Below, one piece after another: positions 37,878 through 52,000 of a stretch of 64,000 nt of DNA. The notes beneath the pieces are model-generated. The model made no database searches. It was not told the DNA's origin and saw only the letters and a program-made list of their open reading frames with translations. The stretch's first letter is position 1; every line of letters starts with the position of its first letter. The translations under genes and the position numbers were made by a program. The DNA comes from Eledone cirrhosa (lineage: Eukaryota): the NCBI GenBank assembly GCA_964016885.1, contig OZ024740.1:203298001-203362000 (forward strand), written 5' to 3'.

Positions 37878-38060
37878 GGCAGTATCGGTAGAGGGTCGGA
37901 CGCCATGCTTTGACGCATTGAGTTATGGCCGTTGCCATTTTGAGTTCAAATCCCGCCGAGGTTAACTTTGCCTTTCATCCTTACGGGGTCGATAAAATAA
38001 AGTACCAGTAATGTACTGGGTAATTGCTGACCTTTTGCCAATAGTAGAAACAATTATTTA
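37878..38060 (+). mobile_element. Full-length tRNA-derived SINE
   Basis: A box TGGCAGTATCGG, B box GAGTTCAAATCC, core TTGCCTTTCATCCTTACGGGGTCGATAAAATAAAGTACCAG (resembles the Meta-type SINE core, from memory). Confidence 0.85.
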
Positions 38061-38643
38061 TAAAACAGAAAATAGTAATTAAAAAACTGTGTTCATTACA
38101 CAATGTATTTTTATGGAGAATGATTATATTCTTAAGAAAATATACATATAAATTACACACACATAAGTATTCAATATAGAAATCATTAATTTATATAAAT
38201 ATATACATGAAATAAATATATGAATATACATTTATATATCAGATTGTGCCTGTCCCACCCTTGCAAGCAGGGAAAAGCGGACGTAAAATGATGATGATGA
38301 TACATGTATCAGGGGCAGTGGAAGCATTTCTGAAATGTGGGCGGGGGGGGGGGGGGGGCAAATTTGGTCAATTTAGTTGTAGTGATTAGTTTAGCTGTTA
38401 TCAAATATCAACCAAGATATAAAAAACTATATATGCGATAAACATAACATGTACATAAATTGTACCGGATATACAAATAGATGTGTGTTGGTAGTTTGGG
38501 GAGAAAAATATAATTATTGGGGGGAGGGCTAGTTAGTTAGAATGCATTGCAACATTAGTTCCTTTCAAGGTAAAATAAAAAGTACACATATATTAATTAC
38601 ACACACAGTCACATACATAATAATTTATGTTAATGTTGTATAT

Positions 38644-38989
38644 ATCATCATCATCATCATCATCATCATCAACGTTTAACGTCCGTGTTCCACGCTTGCA
38701 TGGGTTTGGACGAGGGTTTTCCCACTTGAGGCAAGAGTGATTGTCTTGCTCGCATAGGACTGTCTGGCGGGTTTTCTACAGCTGGATGCCCTTCCTAACA
38801 CCAACCACATTTACAGTGTGGGGCTGGGAGGTTTTTACCGTGTTGCCTACACGGCCACATTACAGCGTGGACTGTCTGGCAGGTTTTCTACAGCTAGATG
38901 CCCTTCCTAACACCAACCACATTTACAGTGTGAGGCTGGGAGGTTTTTACCGTGTTGCCTACACGGCCACATTACAGCGTGGACTGTGT

Positions 38990-38990
<1 letters not shown>
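38644..38990 (-). mobile_element. Bipartite RTE-derived element with internal ~113-bp tandem duplication
   Basis: (CAT)n plus RTE tail, then GGACTGTCTGGC...CACATTACAGCGT twice. Confidence 0.8.
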
Positions 38991-39026
<36 letters not shown>

Positions 39027-40092
39027 TGAAATACACACATAGATACATAGATTTTATGAAATTCACTCAGTTTATACACACATACAGAACCAAGAACAGA
39101 AAACAATCCACCTCATATTATATCTCAAGTTCACTCAGCTATAGAATTGTGTTGCAACATCACTGGTGACAAGCTGTATCGGCCATTGCCTTTCGCTTAG
39201 ACAACATTGTTGGTGTGGAAAGGGGAAACTGGTATACACGGGCAATTGCTGGTCTCCCACAAAAAACCCCTGCCCGGGCTGGTGCCTCAGAGGGGAACTT
39301 TCTGTATTCGTGATTATATTCTATACATATATATATCATATGCTCACTTATAGCCAGACTGCCAACATCAAGTTCCACACTATGGCAAGTATATATGATG
39401 TAATAAACTGAAGATATATATATGTAATACAATCTCGCTTCTTTTTTATAATACATACATATATGTGTGTGTGTGTGTTTATTATATCACACCTATCCTG
39501 TACCTATCTGATACATTGTCATCAAACAGGTGTTTTAATATAAATAATGATTACCTGAACCTTTATTTACATTTAAAAGCTTGTCTGATGACAACATATT
39601 GGAAAACTGTTACATAATGACTTTTTGATGCCTTTAAAATGTACATAATAGGTGTGATGTAATAAATCAAAGTTGATTATTGATACGATCTCTCTTCCTT
39701 TTTTTAACATTGATACCCTATCTAATATTCCATGCTGGCATGGAAAAATGGACATTATACAGAGATGATAATGATGATGTTAAAGAACTCACAATGTGGA
39801 GTACTTACATCTGATTACCCAATACTTGGTTGATTGCTTGGAACAACCAAGATAGATTATTGAAATATATATACAGAATAAAAGAGAAAACACAGGTAAG
39901 CATTAAAAAAATAGATTTTATCCAGGTATTTACGACCGTTTCATTGGTAAGTGAAACCTTATATTGCTATACTGCAAGTAGCAGCTACTCAATAGTAATT
40001 GTTGTTCACGTCCACATTTTCAAAATAATGAATACGTTACTCGTAAAAGGTTCTTAATATATAAAAAAACATTTTTTTGGAATTGTATTTAC

Positions 40093-43000
40093 TAGTATAG
40101 AGAGGAAGGGGGAGAAGAATTAGGAAGTCGAGTGACAAACAGAGTAGTATAGAGAGGAAGGGGGAGAAGAATTAGGAAGTCGAGTGACAGAGTAGTATAG
40201 AGAGGAAGGGGGAGAAGAATTAGGAAGTCGAGTGACAAACATAGTATAGAGAGGAAGGGGGAGAAGAATTAGGAAGTCGAGTGACAAACAGAGTAGTATA
40301 GAGAGGAAGGGGGAGAAGAATTAGGAAGTCGAGTGACAAACAGAGTAGTATAGAGGGGGAGGAGGAGAAGAATTAGGAAGTCGAGTGACAAACAGAGTAG
40401 TATAGAGAGGAAGGGGGAGAAGAATTAGGAAGTCGAGTGACAAACAGAGTAGTATAGAGGGGGAGGAGGAGAAGAATTAGGAAGTCGAGTGACAAACAGA
40501 GTAGTATAGAGGGGGAGGGGGAGAAGAATTAGGAAGTCGAGTGACAAACAGAGTAGTATAGAGGGGGAGGAGGAGAAGAATTAGGAAGTCGAGTGACAAA
40601 CAGAGTAGTATAGAGGGGGAGGGGGAGAAGAATTAGGAAGTCGAGTGACAAACAGAGTAGTATAGAGGGGGAGGAGGAGAAGAATTAGGAAGTCGAGTGA
40701 CAAACATAGTATAGAGAGGAAGGGGGAGAAGGATTAGGAAGTCGAGTGACAGAGTAGTATAGAGAGGAAGGGGGAGAAGAATTAGGAAGTCGAGTGACAA
40801 ACATAGTATAGAGAGGAAGGGGGAGAAGAATTAGGAAGTCGAGTGACAAACAGAGTAGTATAGAGAGGAAGGGGGAGAAGAATTAGGAAGTCGAGTGACA
40901 AACAGAGTAGTATAGAGAGGAAGGGGGAGAAGAATTAGGAAGTCGAGTGACAAACAGAGTAGTATAGAGAGGAAGGGGGAGAAGAATTAGGAAGTCGAGT
41001 GACAAACAGAGTAGTATAGAGGGGGAGGAGGAGAAGAATTAGGAAGTCGAGTGACAAACATAGTATAGAGAGGAAGGGGGAGAAGAATTAGGAAGTCGAG
41101 TGACAAACAGAGTAGTATAGAGAGGAAGGGGGAGAAGAATTAGGAAGTCGAGTGACAAACAGAGTAGTATAGAGGGGGAGGAGGAGAAGAATTAGGAAGT
41201 CGAGTGACAAACAGAGTAGTATAGAGAGGAAGGGGGAGAAGAATTAGGAAGTCGAGTGACAAACAGAGTAGTATAGAGGGGGAGGAGGAGAAGAATTAGG
41301 AAGTCGAGTGACAAACAGAGTAGTATAGAGGGGGAGGGGGAGAAGGATTAGGAAGTCGAGTGACAAACAGAGTAGTATAGAGAGGAAGGGGGAGGAGAAT
41401 TAGGAAGTCGAGTGACAAACAGAGTAGTATAGAGGGGGAGGGGGAGAAGAATTAGGAAGTCGAGTGACAAACAGAGTAGTATAGAGGGGGAGGAGGAGAA
41501 TTAGGAAGTCGAGTGACAAACAGAGTAGTATAGAGAGGAAGGGGGAGAAGGATTAGGAAGTCGAGTGACAAACAGAGTAGTATAGAGGGGGAGGGGGAGA
41601 AGAATTAGGAAGTCGAGTGACAAACAGAGTAGTATAGAGGGGGAGGAGGAGAATTAGGAAGTCGAGTGACAAACAGAGTAGTATAGAGGGGGAGGAGGAG
41701 GAGAATTAGGAAGTCGAGTGACAAACAGAGTAGTATAGAGAGGAAGGGGGAGAATTAGGAAGTCGAGTGACAAACAGAGTAGTATAGAGGGGGAGGAGGA
41801 GGAGAATTAGGAAGTCGAGTGACAAACAGAGTAGTATAGAGGGGGAGGAGGAGGAGAATTAGGAAGTCGAGTGACAAACAGAGTAGTATAGAGGGGGAGG
41901 AGGAGAATTAGGAAGTCGAGTGACAAACAGAGTAGTATAGAGGGGGAGGAGGAGGAGAATTAGGAAGTCGAGTGACAAACAGAGTAGTATAGAGGGGGAG
42001 GGGGAGAATTAGGAAGTCGAGTGACAAACAGAGTAGTATAGAGAGGAAGGGGGAGAAGGATTAGGAAGTCGAGTGACAAACAGAGTAGTATAGAGGGGGA
42101 GGAGGAGAATTAGGAAGTCGAGTGACAAACAGAGTAGTATAGAGAGGAAGGGGGAGAAGGATTAGGAAGTCGAGTGACAAACAGAGTAGTATAGAGGGGG
42201 AGGAGGAGAATTAGGAAGTCGAGTGACAAACAGAGTAGTATAGAGAGGAAGGGGGAGAATTAGGAAGTCGAGTGACAAACAGAGTAGTATAGAGGGGGAG
42301 GAGGAGGAGAATTAGGAAGTCGAGTGACAAACAGAGTAGTATAGAGGGGGAGGAGGAGAATTAGGAAGTCGAGTGACAAACAGAGTAGTATAGAGGGGAA
42401 GGAGGAGGAGAATTAGGAAGTCGAGTGACAAACAGAGTAGTATAGAGGGGGAGGGGGAGAATTAGGAAGTCGGGTGACAAACAGAGTAGTATAGAGGGGG
42501 AGGGGGAGAATTAGGAAGTCGGGTGACAAACAGAGTAGTATAGAGGGGGAGGAGGAGAATTAGGAAGTCGGGTGACAAACAGAGTAGTATAGAGGGGGAG
42601 GAGGAGGAGAATTAGGAAGTCGGGTGACAAACAGAGTAGTATAGAGGGGGAGGGGGAGAATTAGGAAGTCGGGTGACAAACAGAGTAGTATAGAGGGGGA
42701 GGAGGAGAATTAGGAAGTCGAGTGACAAACAGAGTAGTATAGAGGGGGAGGGGGAGGAGAATTAGGAAGTCGAGTGACAAACAGAGTAGTATAGAGGGGG
42801 AGGGGGAGAATTAGGAAGTCGGGTGACAAACAGAGTAGTATAGAGGGGGAGGAGGAGAATTAGGAAGTCGAGTGACAAACAGAGTAGTATAGAGGGGGAG
42901 GAGGAGGAGAATTAGGAAGTCGAGTGACAAACAGAGTAGTATAGAGGGGGAGGAGGAGGAGAATTAGGAAGTCGAGTGACAAACAGAGTAGTATAGAGGG

Positions 43001-46000
43001 GGAGGGGGAGAATTAGGAAGTCGGGTGACAAACAGAGTAGTATAGAGGGGGAGGGGGAGAATTAGGAAGTCGGGTGACAAACAGAGTAGTATAGAGGGGG
43101 AGGAGGAGAATTAGGAAGTCGAGTGACAAACAGAGTAGTATAGAGGGGGAGGGGGAGAATTAGGAAGTCGGGTGACAAACAGAGTAGTATAGAGGGGGAG
43201 GGGGAGAATTAGGAAGTCGGGTGACAAACAGAGTAGTATAGAGGGGGAGGGGGAGAATTAGGAAGTCGAGTGACAAACAGAGTAGTATAGAGGGGGAGGG
43301 GGAGAATTAGGAAGTCGGGTGACAAACAGAGTAGTATAGAGGGGGAGGGGGAGAATTAGGAAGTCGGGTGACAAACAGAGTAGTATAGAGGGGGAGGGGG
43401 AGAATTAGGAAGTCGAGTGACAAACAGAGTAGTATAGAGGGGGAGGGGGAGAATTAGGAAGTCGGGTGACAAACAGAGTAGTATAGAGGAGGAGGAGGAG
43501 GAGAATTAGGAAGTCGAGTGACAAACAGAGTAGTATAGAGAGGGAGGAGGAGGAGAATTAGGAAGTCGAGTGACAAACAGAGTAGTATAGAGGGGGAGGA
43601 GGAGAATTAGGAAGTCGAGTGACAAACAGAGTAGTATAGAGGAGGAGGAGGAGAATTAGGAAGTCGAGTGACAAACAGAGTAGTATAGAGAGGGAGGAGG
43701 AGGAGAATTAGGAAGTCGAGTGACAAACAGAGTAGTATAGAGGGGGAGGGGGAGAATTAGGAAGTCGGGTGACAAACAGAGTAGTATAGAGGGGGAGGAG
43801 GAGAATTAGGAAGTCGAGTGACAAACAGAGTAGTATAGAGGAGGAGGAGGAGGAGAATTAGGAAGTCGAGTGACAAACAGAGTAGTATAGAGAGGGAGGA
43901 GGAGGAGAATTAGGAAGTCGAGTGACAAACAGAGTAGTATAGAGGGGGAGGAGGAGAATTAGGAAGTCGAGTGACAAACAGAGTAGTATAGAGGAGGAGG
44001 AGGAGAATTAGGAAGTCGAGTGACAAACAGAGTAGTATAGAGGAGGAGGAGGAGAATTAGGAAGTCGAGTGACAAACAGAGTAGTATAGAGGAGGAGGAG
44101 GAGGAGAATTAGGAAGTCGAGTGACAAACAGAGTAGTATAGAGGGGGAGGGGGAGAATTAGGAAGTCGAGTGACAAACAGAGTAGTATAGAGGGGGAGGA
44201 GGAGGAGAATTAGGAAGTCGAGTGACAAACAGAGTAGTATAGAGGGGGAGGGGGGAGAATTAGGAAGTCGAGTGACAAACAGAGTAGTATAGAGGGGGAG
44301 GAGGAGGAGAATTAGGAAGTCGAGTGACAAACAGAGTAGTATAGAGGAGGAGGAGGAGGAGAATTAGGAAGTCGAGTGACAAACAGAGTAGTATAGAGGG
44401 GGAGGAGGAGGAGAATTAGGAAGTCGAGTGACAAACAGAGTAGTATAGAGGGGGAGGAGGAGAATTAGGAAGTCGAGTGACAAACAGAGTAGTATAGAGG
44501 GGAGGAGGAGGAGAATTAGGAAGTCGAGTGACAAACAGAGTAGTATAGAGGAGGAGGAGGAGGAGAATTAGGAAGTCGAGTGACAAACAGAGTAGTATAG
44601 AGGAGGAGGAGGAGGAGAATTAGGAAGTCGAGTGACAAACAGAGTAGTATAGAGGGGGAGGAGGAGGAGAATTAGGAAGTCGAGTGACAAACAGAGTAGT
44701 ATAGAGGGGGAGGAGGAGAATTAGGAAGTCGAGTGACAAACAGAGTAGTATAGAGGGGGAGGAGGAGAATTAGGAAGTCGAGTGACAAACAGAGTAGTAT
44801 AGAGGGGGAGGAGGAGGAGAATTAGGAAGTCGAGTGACAAACAGAGTAGTATAGAGGAGGAGGAGGAGGAGAATTAGGAAGTCGAGTGACAAACAGAGTA
44901 GTATAGAGGAGGAGGAGGAGGAGAATTAGGAAGTCGAGTGACAAACAGAGTAGTATAGAGGGGGAGGAGGAGAATTAGGAAGTCGAGTGACAAACAGAGT
45001 AGTATAGAGGGGGAGGAGGAGAATTAGGAAGTCGAGTGACAAACAGAGTAGTATAGAGGGGGAGGAGGAGGAGAATTAGGAAGTCGAGTGACAAACAGAG
45101 TAGTATAGAGGGGGAGGAGGAGAATTAGGAAGTCGAGTGACAAACAGAGTAGTATAGAGGGGGAGGAGGAGAATTAGGAAGTCGAGTGACAAACAGAGTA
45201 GTATAGAGGGGAGGAGGAGGAGAATTAGGAAGTCGAGTGACAAACAGAGTAGTATAGAGGGGGAGGAGGAGAAGAATTAGGAAGTCGAGTGACAAACAGA
45301 GTAGTATAGAGGGGGAGGAGGAGAATTAGGAAGTCGAGTGACAAACAGAGTAGTATAGAGGGGGAGGAGGAGAAGAATTAGGAAGTCGAGTGACAAACAG
45401 AGTAGTATAGAGGGGGAGGAGGAGAAGAATTAGGAAGTCGAGTGACAAACAGAGTAGTATAGAGGGGGAGGAGGAGAGAATTAGGAAGTCGAGTGACAAA
45501 CAGAGTAGTATAGAGGGGGGGAGGAGGAGAATTAGGAAGTCGAGTGACAAACAGAGTAGTATAGAGGGGGGAGGAGGAGAATTAGGAAGTCGAGTGACAA
45601 ACAGAGTAGTATAGAGGGGGAGGAGGAGAATTAGGAAGTCGAGTGACAAACAGAGTAGTATAGAGGGGGAGGGGGAGAATTAGGAAGTCGAGTGACAAAC
45701 AGAGTAGTATAGAGGGGGAGGAGGAGGAGAATTAGGAAGTCGAGTGACAAACAGAGTAGTATAGAGGGGGAGGAGGAGAATTAGGAAGTCGGGTGACAAA
45801 CAGAGTAGTATAGAGGGGGAGGAGGAGAATTAGGAAGTCGAGTGACAAACAGAGTAGTATAGAGGGGGAGGAGGAGAATTAGGAAGTCGGGTGACAAACA
45901 GAGTAGTATAGAGGGGGAGGGGGAGAATTAGGAAGTCGAGTGACAAACAGAGTAGTATAGAGGGGGAGGAGGAGAATTAGGAAGTCGAGTGACAAACAGA

Positions 46001-49000
46001 GTAGTATAGAGGGGGAGGAGGAGAATTAGGAAGTCGAGTGACAAACAGAGTAGTATAGAGGGGGAGGGGGAGAATTAGGAAGTCGAGTGACAAACAGAGT
46101 AGTATAGAGGGGGAGGGGGAGAATTAGGAAGTCGAGTGACAAACAGAGTAGTATAGAGGGGGAGGGGGAGAATTAGGAAGTCGAGTGACAAACAGAGTAG
46201 TATAGAGGGGGAGGGGAGAATTAGGAAGTCGAGTGACAAACAGAGTAGTATAGAGGGGGAGGAGGAGAATTAGGAAGTCGAGTGACAAACAGAGTAGTAT
46301 AGAGGAGGAGGAGGAGAATTAGGAAGTCGAGTGACAAACAGAGTAGTATAGAGGGGGAGGGGGAGAATTAGGAAGTCGAGTGACAAACAGAGTAGTATAG
46401 AGGGGGAAGAGGAGAATTAGGAAGTCGAGTGACAAACAGAGTAGTATAGAGGGGGAGGGGGAGAATTAGGAAGTCGAGTGACAAACAGAGTAGTATAGAG
46501 GGGGAGGAGGAGGAGAATTAGGAAGTCGAGTGACAAACAGAGTAGTATAGAGGGGGAGGAGGAGAATTAGGAAGTCGGGTGACAAACAGAGTAGTATAGA
46601 GGGGGAGGGGGAGAATTAGGAAGTCGAGTGACAAACAGAGTAGTATAGAGAGGAAGGGGGAGAAGAATTAGGAAGTCGGGTGACAAACAGAGTAGTATAG
46701 AGGGGGAGGAGGAGGAGAATTAGGAAGTCGAGTGACAAACAGAGTAGTATAGAGGGGGAGGGGGAGAATTAGGAAGTCGAGTGACAAACAGAGTAGTATA
46801 GAGAGGAAGGGGAGAAGAATTAGGAAGTCGGGTGACAAACAGAGTAGTATAGAGAGGAGGGGGAGAAGAATTAGGAAGTCGAGTGACAAACAGAGTAGTA
46901 TAGAGGGGGAGGAGGAGAATTAGGAAGTCGAGTGACAAACAGAGTAGTATAGAGAGGAAGGGGGAGAAGAATTAGGAAGTCGAGTGACAAACAGAGTAGT
47001 ATAGAGGGGGAGGAGAGGAGAATTAGGAAGTCGAGTGACAAACAGAGTAGTATAGAGGGGGAGGAGGAGAATTAGGAAGTCGAGTGACAAACAGAGTAGT
47101 ATAGAGGGGGAGGGGGAGAATTAGGAAGTCGAGTGACAAACAGAGTAGTATAGAGAGAGGGGGAGAAGAATTAGGAAGTCGAGTGACAAACAGAGTAGTA
47201 TAGAGGGGGAGGAGGAGAATTAGGAAGTCGAGTGACAAACAGAGTAGTATAGAGGGGGAGGAGGAGAATTAGGAAGTCGAGTGACAAACAGAGTAGTATA
47301 GAGGAGGAGGAGGAGATTAGGAAGTCGAGTGACAAACAGAGTAGTATAGAGAGGAAGGGGGAGAAGAATTAGAAGTCGAGTGACAAACAGAGGTATAGAG
47401 GGGAGGAGGAGAGAATTAGGAAGTCGAGTGACAAACAGAGTAGTATAGAGGGGGAGGAGGAGAATTAGGAAGTCGAGTGACAAACAGAGTAGTATAGAGG
47501 GGGAGGAGGAGAATTAGGAAGTCGAGTGACAAACAGAGTAGTATAGAGGGGGAGGAGGAGAATTAGGAAGTCGAGTGACAAACAGAGTAGTATAGAGGGG
47601 AGGAGGAGAGAATTAGGAAGTCGAGTGACAAACAGAGTAGTATAGAGGGGAGGAGGAGGAGAATTAGGAAGTCGAGTGACAAACAGAGTAGTATAGAGGG
47701 GGAGGAGGAGAATTAGGAAGTCGAGTGACAAACAGAGTAGTATAGAGGGGGAGGAGGAGAATTAGGAAGTCGAGTGACAAACAGAGTAGTATAGAGGGGG
47801 AGGGAGGAGAATTAGGAAGTCGAGTGACAAACAGAGTAGTATAGAGGGAGGAGGAGGAGAATTAGGAAGTCGAGTGACAAACAGAGTAGTATAGAGAGGA
47901 GGGAGGAGAGAATTAGGAAGTCGAGTGACAAACAGAGTAGTATAGAGAGGAGGGGGAGGAGAATTAGGAAGTCGAGTGACAAACAGAGTAGTATAGAGGG
48001 GGAGGAGGAGAATTAGGAAGTCGAGTGACAAACAGAGTAGTATAGAGGGGGAGGAGGAGAATTAGGAAGTCGAGTGACAAACAGAGTAGTATAGAGGGGG
48101 AGGAGGAGAATTAGGAAGTCGAGTGACAAACAGAGTAGTATAGAGGGGAAGGGGAGAGAATTAGGAAGTCGAGTGACAAACAGAGTAGTATAGAGGGGAG
48201 GGGAGGAGAATTAGGAAGTCGAGTGACAAACAGAGTAGTATAGAGGGGGAGGAGGAGAATTAGGAAGTCGAGTGACAAACAGAGTAGTATAGAGGGGGAG
48301 GAGGAGAATTAGGAAGTCGAGTGACAAACAGAGTAGTATAGAGGGAGGGGAGGAGAATTAGGAAGTCGAGTGACAAACAGAGTAGTATAGAGGGGGAGGA
48401 GGAGAATTAGGAAGTCGAGTGACAAACAGAGTAGTATAGAGGGGAGGGGGAGGAGAATTAGGAAGTCGAGTGACAAACAGAGTAGTATAGAGGGGAGGGG
48501 AGGAGAATTAGGAAGTCGAGTGACAAACAGAGTAGTATAGAGGGGGAGGAGGAGAATTAGGAAGTCGAGTGACAAACAGAGTAGTATAGAGGGGGAGGAG
48601 GAGAATTAGGAAGTCGAGTGACAAACAGAGTAGTATAGAGGGAGGGGAGGAGAATTAGGAAGTCGAGTGACAAACAGAGTAGTATAGAGGGGGAGGGAGG
48701 AGAATTAGGAAGTCGAGTGACAAACAGAGTAGTATAGAGGGGAAGGGGAGAGAATTAGGAAGTCGAGTGACAAACAGAGTAGTATAGAGGAGGGAGGAGG
48801 AGAATTAGGAAGTCGAGTGACAAACAGAGTAGTATAGAGGGGGAGGAGGAGAATTAGGAAGTCGAGTGACAAACAGAGTAGTATAGAGGGGGAGGAGGAG
48901 AATTAGGAAGTCGAGTGACAAACAGAGTAGTATAGAGGGGGAGGAGGAGAATTAGGAAGTCGAGTGACAAACAGAGTAGTATAGAGGGGGAGGAGGAGAA

Positions 49001-52000
49001 TTAGGAAGTCGAGTGACAAACAGAGTAGTATAGAGGGGGAGGAGGAGAATTAGGAAGTCGAGTGACAAACAGAGTAGTATAGAGGGGGAGGAGGAGAATT
49101 AGGAAGTCGAGTGACAAACAGAGTAGTATAGAGGGGGAGGGAGGAGAATTAGGAAGTCGAGTGACAAACAGAGTAGTATAGAGGGAGGAGGAGGAGAATT
49201 AGGAAGTCGAGTGACAAACAGAGTAGTATAGAGGGGGAGGAGGAGAATTAGGAAGTCGAGTGACAAACAGAGTAGTATAGAGGGGGAGGGGGAGAATTAG
49301 GAAGTCGAGTGACAAACAGAGTAGTATAGAGGGGGAGGAGGAGAATTAGGAAGTCGAGTGACAAACAGAGTAGTATAGAGGGGGAGGAGGAGAATTAGGA
49401 AGTCGAGTGACAAACAGAGTAGTATAGAGGGGGAGGGAGGAGAATTAGGAAGTCGAGTGACAAACAGAGTAGTATAGAGGGGAGGAGGAGGAGAATTAGG
49501 AAGTCGAGTGACAAACAGAGTAGTATAGAGGGGGAGGGAGGAGAATTAGGAAGTCGAGTGACAAACAGAGTAGTATAGAGGGGGAGGAGGAGAATTAGGA
49601 AGTCGAGTGACAAACAGAGTAGTATAGAGGGGGAGGAGGAGAATTAGGAAGTCGAGTGACAAACAGAGTAGTATAGAGGGAGGAGGAGGAGAATTAGGAA
49701 GTCGAGTGACAAACAGAGTAGTATAGAGGGGGAGGAGGAGAATTAGGAAGTCGAGTGACAAACAGAGTAGTATAGAGGGGGAGGGAGGAGAATTAGGAAG
49801 TCGAGTGACAAACAGAGTAGTATAGAGGGGGAGGAGGAGAATTAGGAAGTCGAGTGACAAACAGAGTAGTATAGAGGGGGAGGAGGAGAATTAGGAAGTC
49901 GAGTGACAAACAGAGTAGTATAGAGGGGGAGGAGGAGAATTAGGAAGTCGAGTGACAAACAGAGTAGTATAGAGGGGGAGGAGGAGAATTAGGAAGTCGA
50001 GTGACAAACAGAGTAGTATAGAGGGGGAGGAGGAGAATTAGGAAGTCGAGTGACAAACAGAGTAGTATAGAGGGGGAGGAGGAGAATTAGGAAGTCGAGT
50101 GACAAACAGAGTAGTATAGAGGGGGAGGGAGGAGAATTAGGAAGTCGAGTGACAAACAGAGTAGTATAGAGGGGGAGGAGGAGAATTAGGAAGTCGAGTG
50201 ACAAACAGAGTAGTATAGAGGGGGAGGAGGAGAATTAGGAAGTCGAGTGACAAACAGAGTAGTATAGAGGGGGAGGAGGAGAATTAGGAAGTCGAGTGAC
50301 AAACAGAGTAGTATAGAGGGGGAGGGGAGGAGAATTAGGAAGTCGAGTGACAAACAGAGTAGTATAGAGGGGGAGGGGAGGAGAATTAGGAAGTCGAGTG
50401 ACAAACAGAGTAGTATAGAGGGGGAGGAGGAGAATTAGGAAGTCGAGTGACAAACAGAGTAGTATAGAGGGGGAGGAGGAGAATTAGGAAGTCGAGTGAC
50501 AAACAGAGTAGTATAGAGGGGGAGGGAGGAGAATTAGGAAGTCGAGTGACAAACAGAGTAGTATAGAGGGGGAGGAGGAGAATTAGGAAGTCGAGTGACA
50601 AACAGAGTAGTATAGAGGGGGAGGAGGAGAATTAGGAAGTCGAGTGACAAACAGAGTAGTATAGAGGGGGAGGAGGNNNNNNNNNNNNNNNNNNNNNNNN
50701 NNNNNNNNNNNNNNNNNNNNNNNNNNNNNNNNNNNNNNNNNNNNNNNNNNNNNNNNNNNNNNNNNNNNNNNNNNNNNNNNNNNNNNNNNNNNNNNNNNNN
50801 NNNNNNNNNNNNNNNNNNNNNNNNNNNNNNNNNNNNNNNNNNNNNNNNNNNNNNNNNNNNNNNNNNNNNNNNNNNNTAGGAAGTCGAGTGACAAACAGAG
50901 TAGTATAGAGGGGGAGGAGGAGAATTAGGAAGTCGAGTGACAAACAGAGTAGTATAGAGGGGGAGGGGAGGAGAATTAGGAAGTCGAGTGACAAACAGAG
51001 TAGTATAGAGGGGGGAGGGGAGGAGAATTAGGAAGTCGAGTGACAAACAGAGTAGTATAGAGGGGGAGGAGGAGAATTAGGAAGTCGAGTGACAAACAGA
51101 GTAGTATAGAGGGGAGGGGAGAGAATTAGGAAGTCGAGTGACAAACAGAGTAGTATAGAGGGGGAGGGGGAGGAGAATTAGGAAGTCGAGTGACAAACAG
51201 AGTAGTATAGAGGGGGAGGGGGAGAATTAGGAAGTCGAGTGACAAACAGAGTAGTATAGAGGGGGAGGGAGGAGAATTAGGAAGTCGAGTGACAAACAGA
51301 GTAGTATAGAGGGGGAGGGGGAGAATTAGGAAGTCGAGTGACAAACAGAGTAGTATAGAGGGGGAGGGGAGGAGAATTAGGAAGTCGAGTGACAAACAGA
51401 GTAGTATAGAGGGGGAGGGGAGAATTAGGAAGTCGAGTGACAAACAGAGTAGTATAGAGGGGGAGGGGGGAGAATTAGGAAGTCGAGTGACAAACAGAGT
51501 AGTATAGAGGGGGAGGGGAGGAGAATTAGGAAGTCGAGTGACAAACAGAGTAGTATAGAGGGGGAGGGGAGAGAATTAGGAAGTCGAGTGACAAACAGAG
51601 TAGTATAGAGGGGGAGGGAGGAGAATTAGGAAGTCGAGTGACAAACAGAGTAGTATAGAGGGGGAGGGGAGGAGAATTAGGAAGTCGAGTGACAAACAGA
51701 GTAGTATAGAGGGGGAGGGGAGGAGAATTAGGAAGTCGAGTGACAAACAGAGTAGTATAGAGGGGGAGGGGGAGAATTAGGAAGTCGAGTGACAAACAGA
51801 GTAGTATAGAGGGGGAGGGGAGAAGAATTAGGAAGTCGAGTGACAAACAGAGTAGTATAGAGGGGGAGGGGAGAGAATTAGGAAGTCGAGTGACAAACAG
51901 AGTAGTATAGAGGGGAGGAGGAGGAGAATTAGGAAGTCGAGTGACAAACAGAGTAGTATAGAGGGGGAGGGGGAGAAGAATTAGGAAGTCGAGTGACAAA

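Noticed and set aside
37878-37960. tRNA gene
   Set aside because: A/B boxes are present but there is no cloverleaf; it is the head of a multi-copy SINE
39580-39620. CTGATGA-CAA-CATA-TTG-GAAA hammerhead-like core
   Set aside because: Stem I and stem III cannot both be formed in register; may be chance or highly decayed
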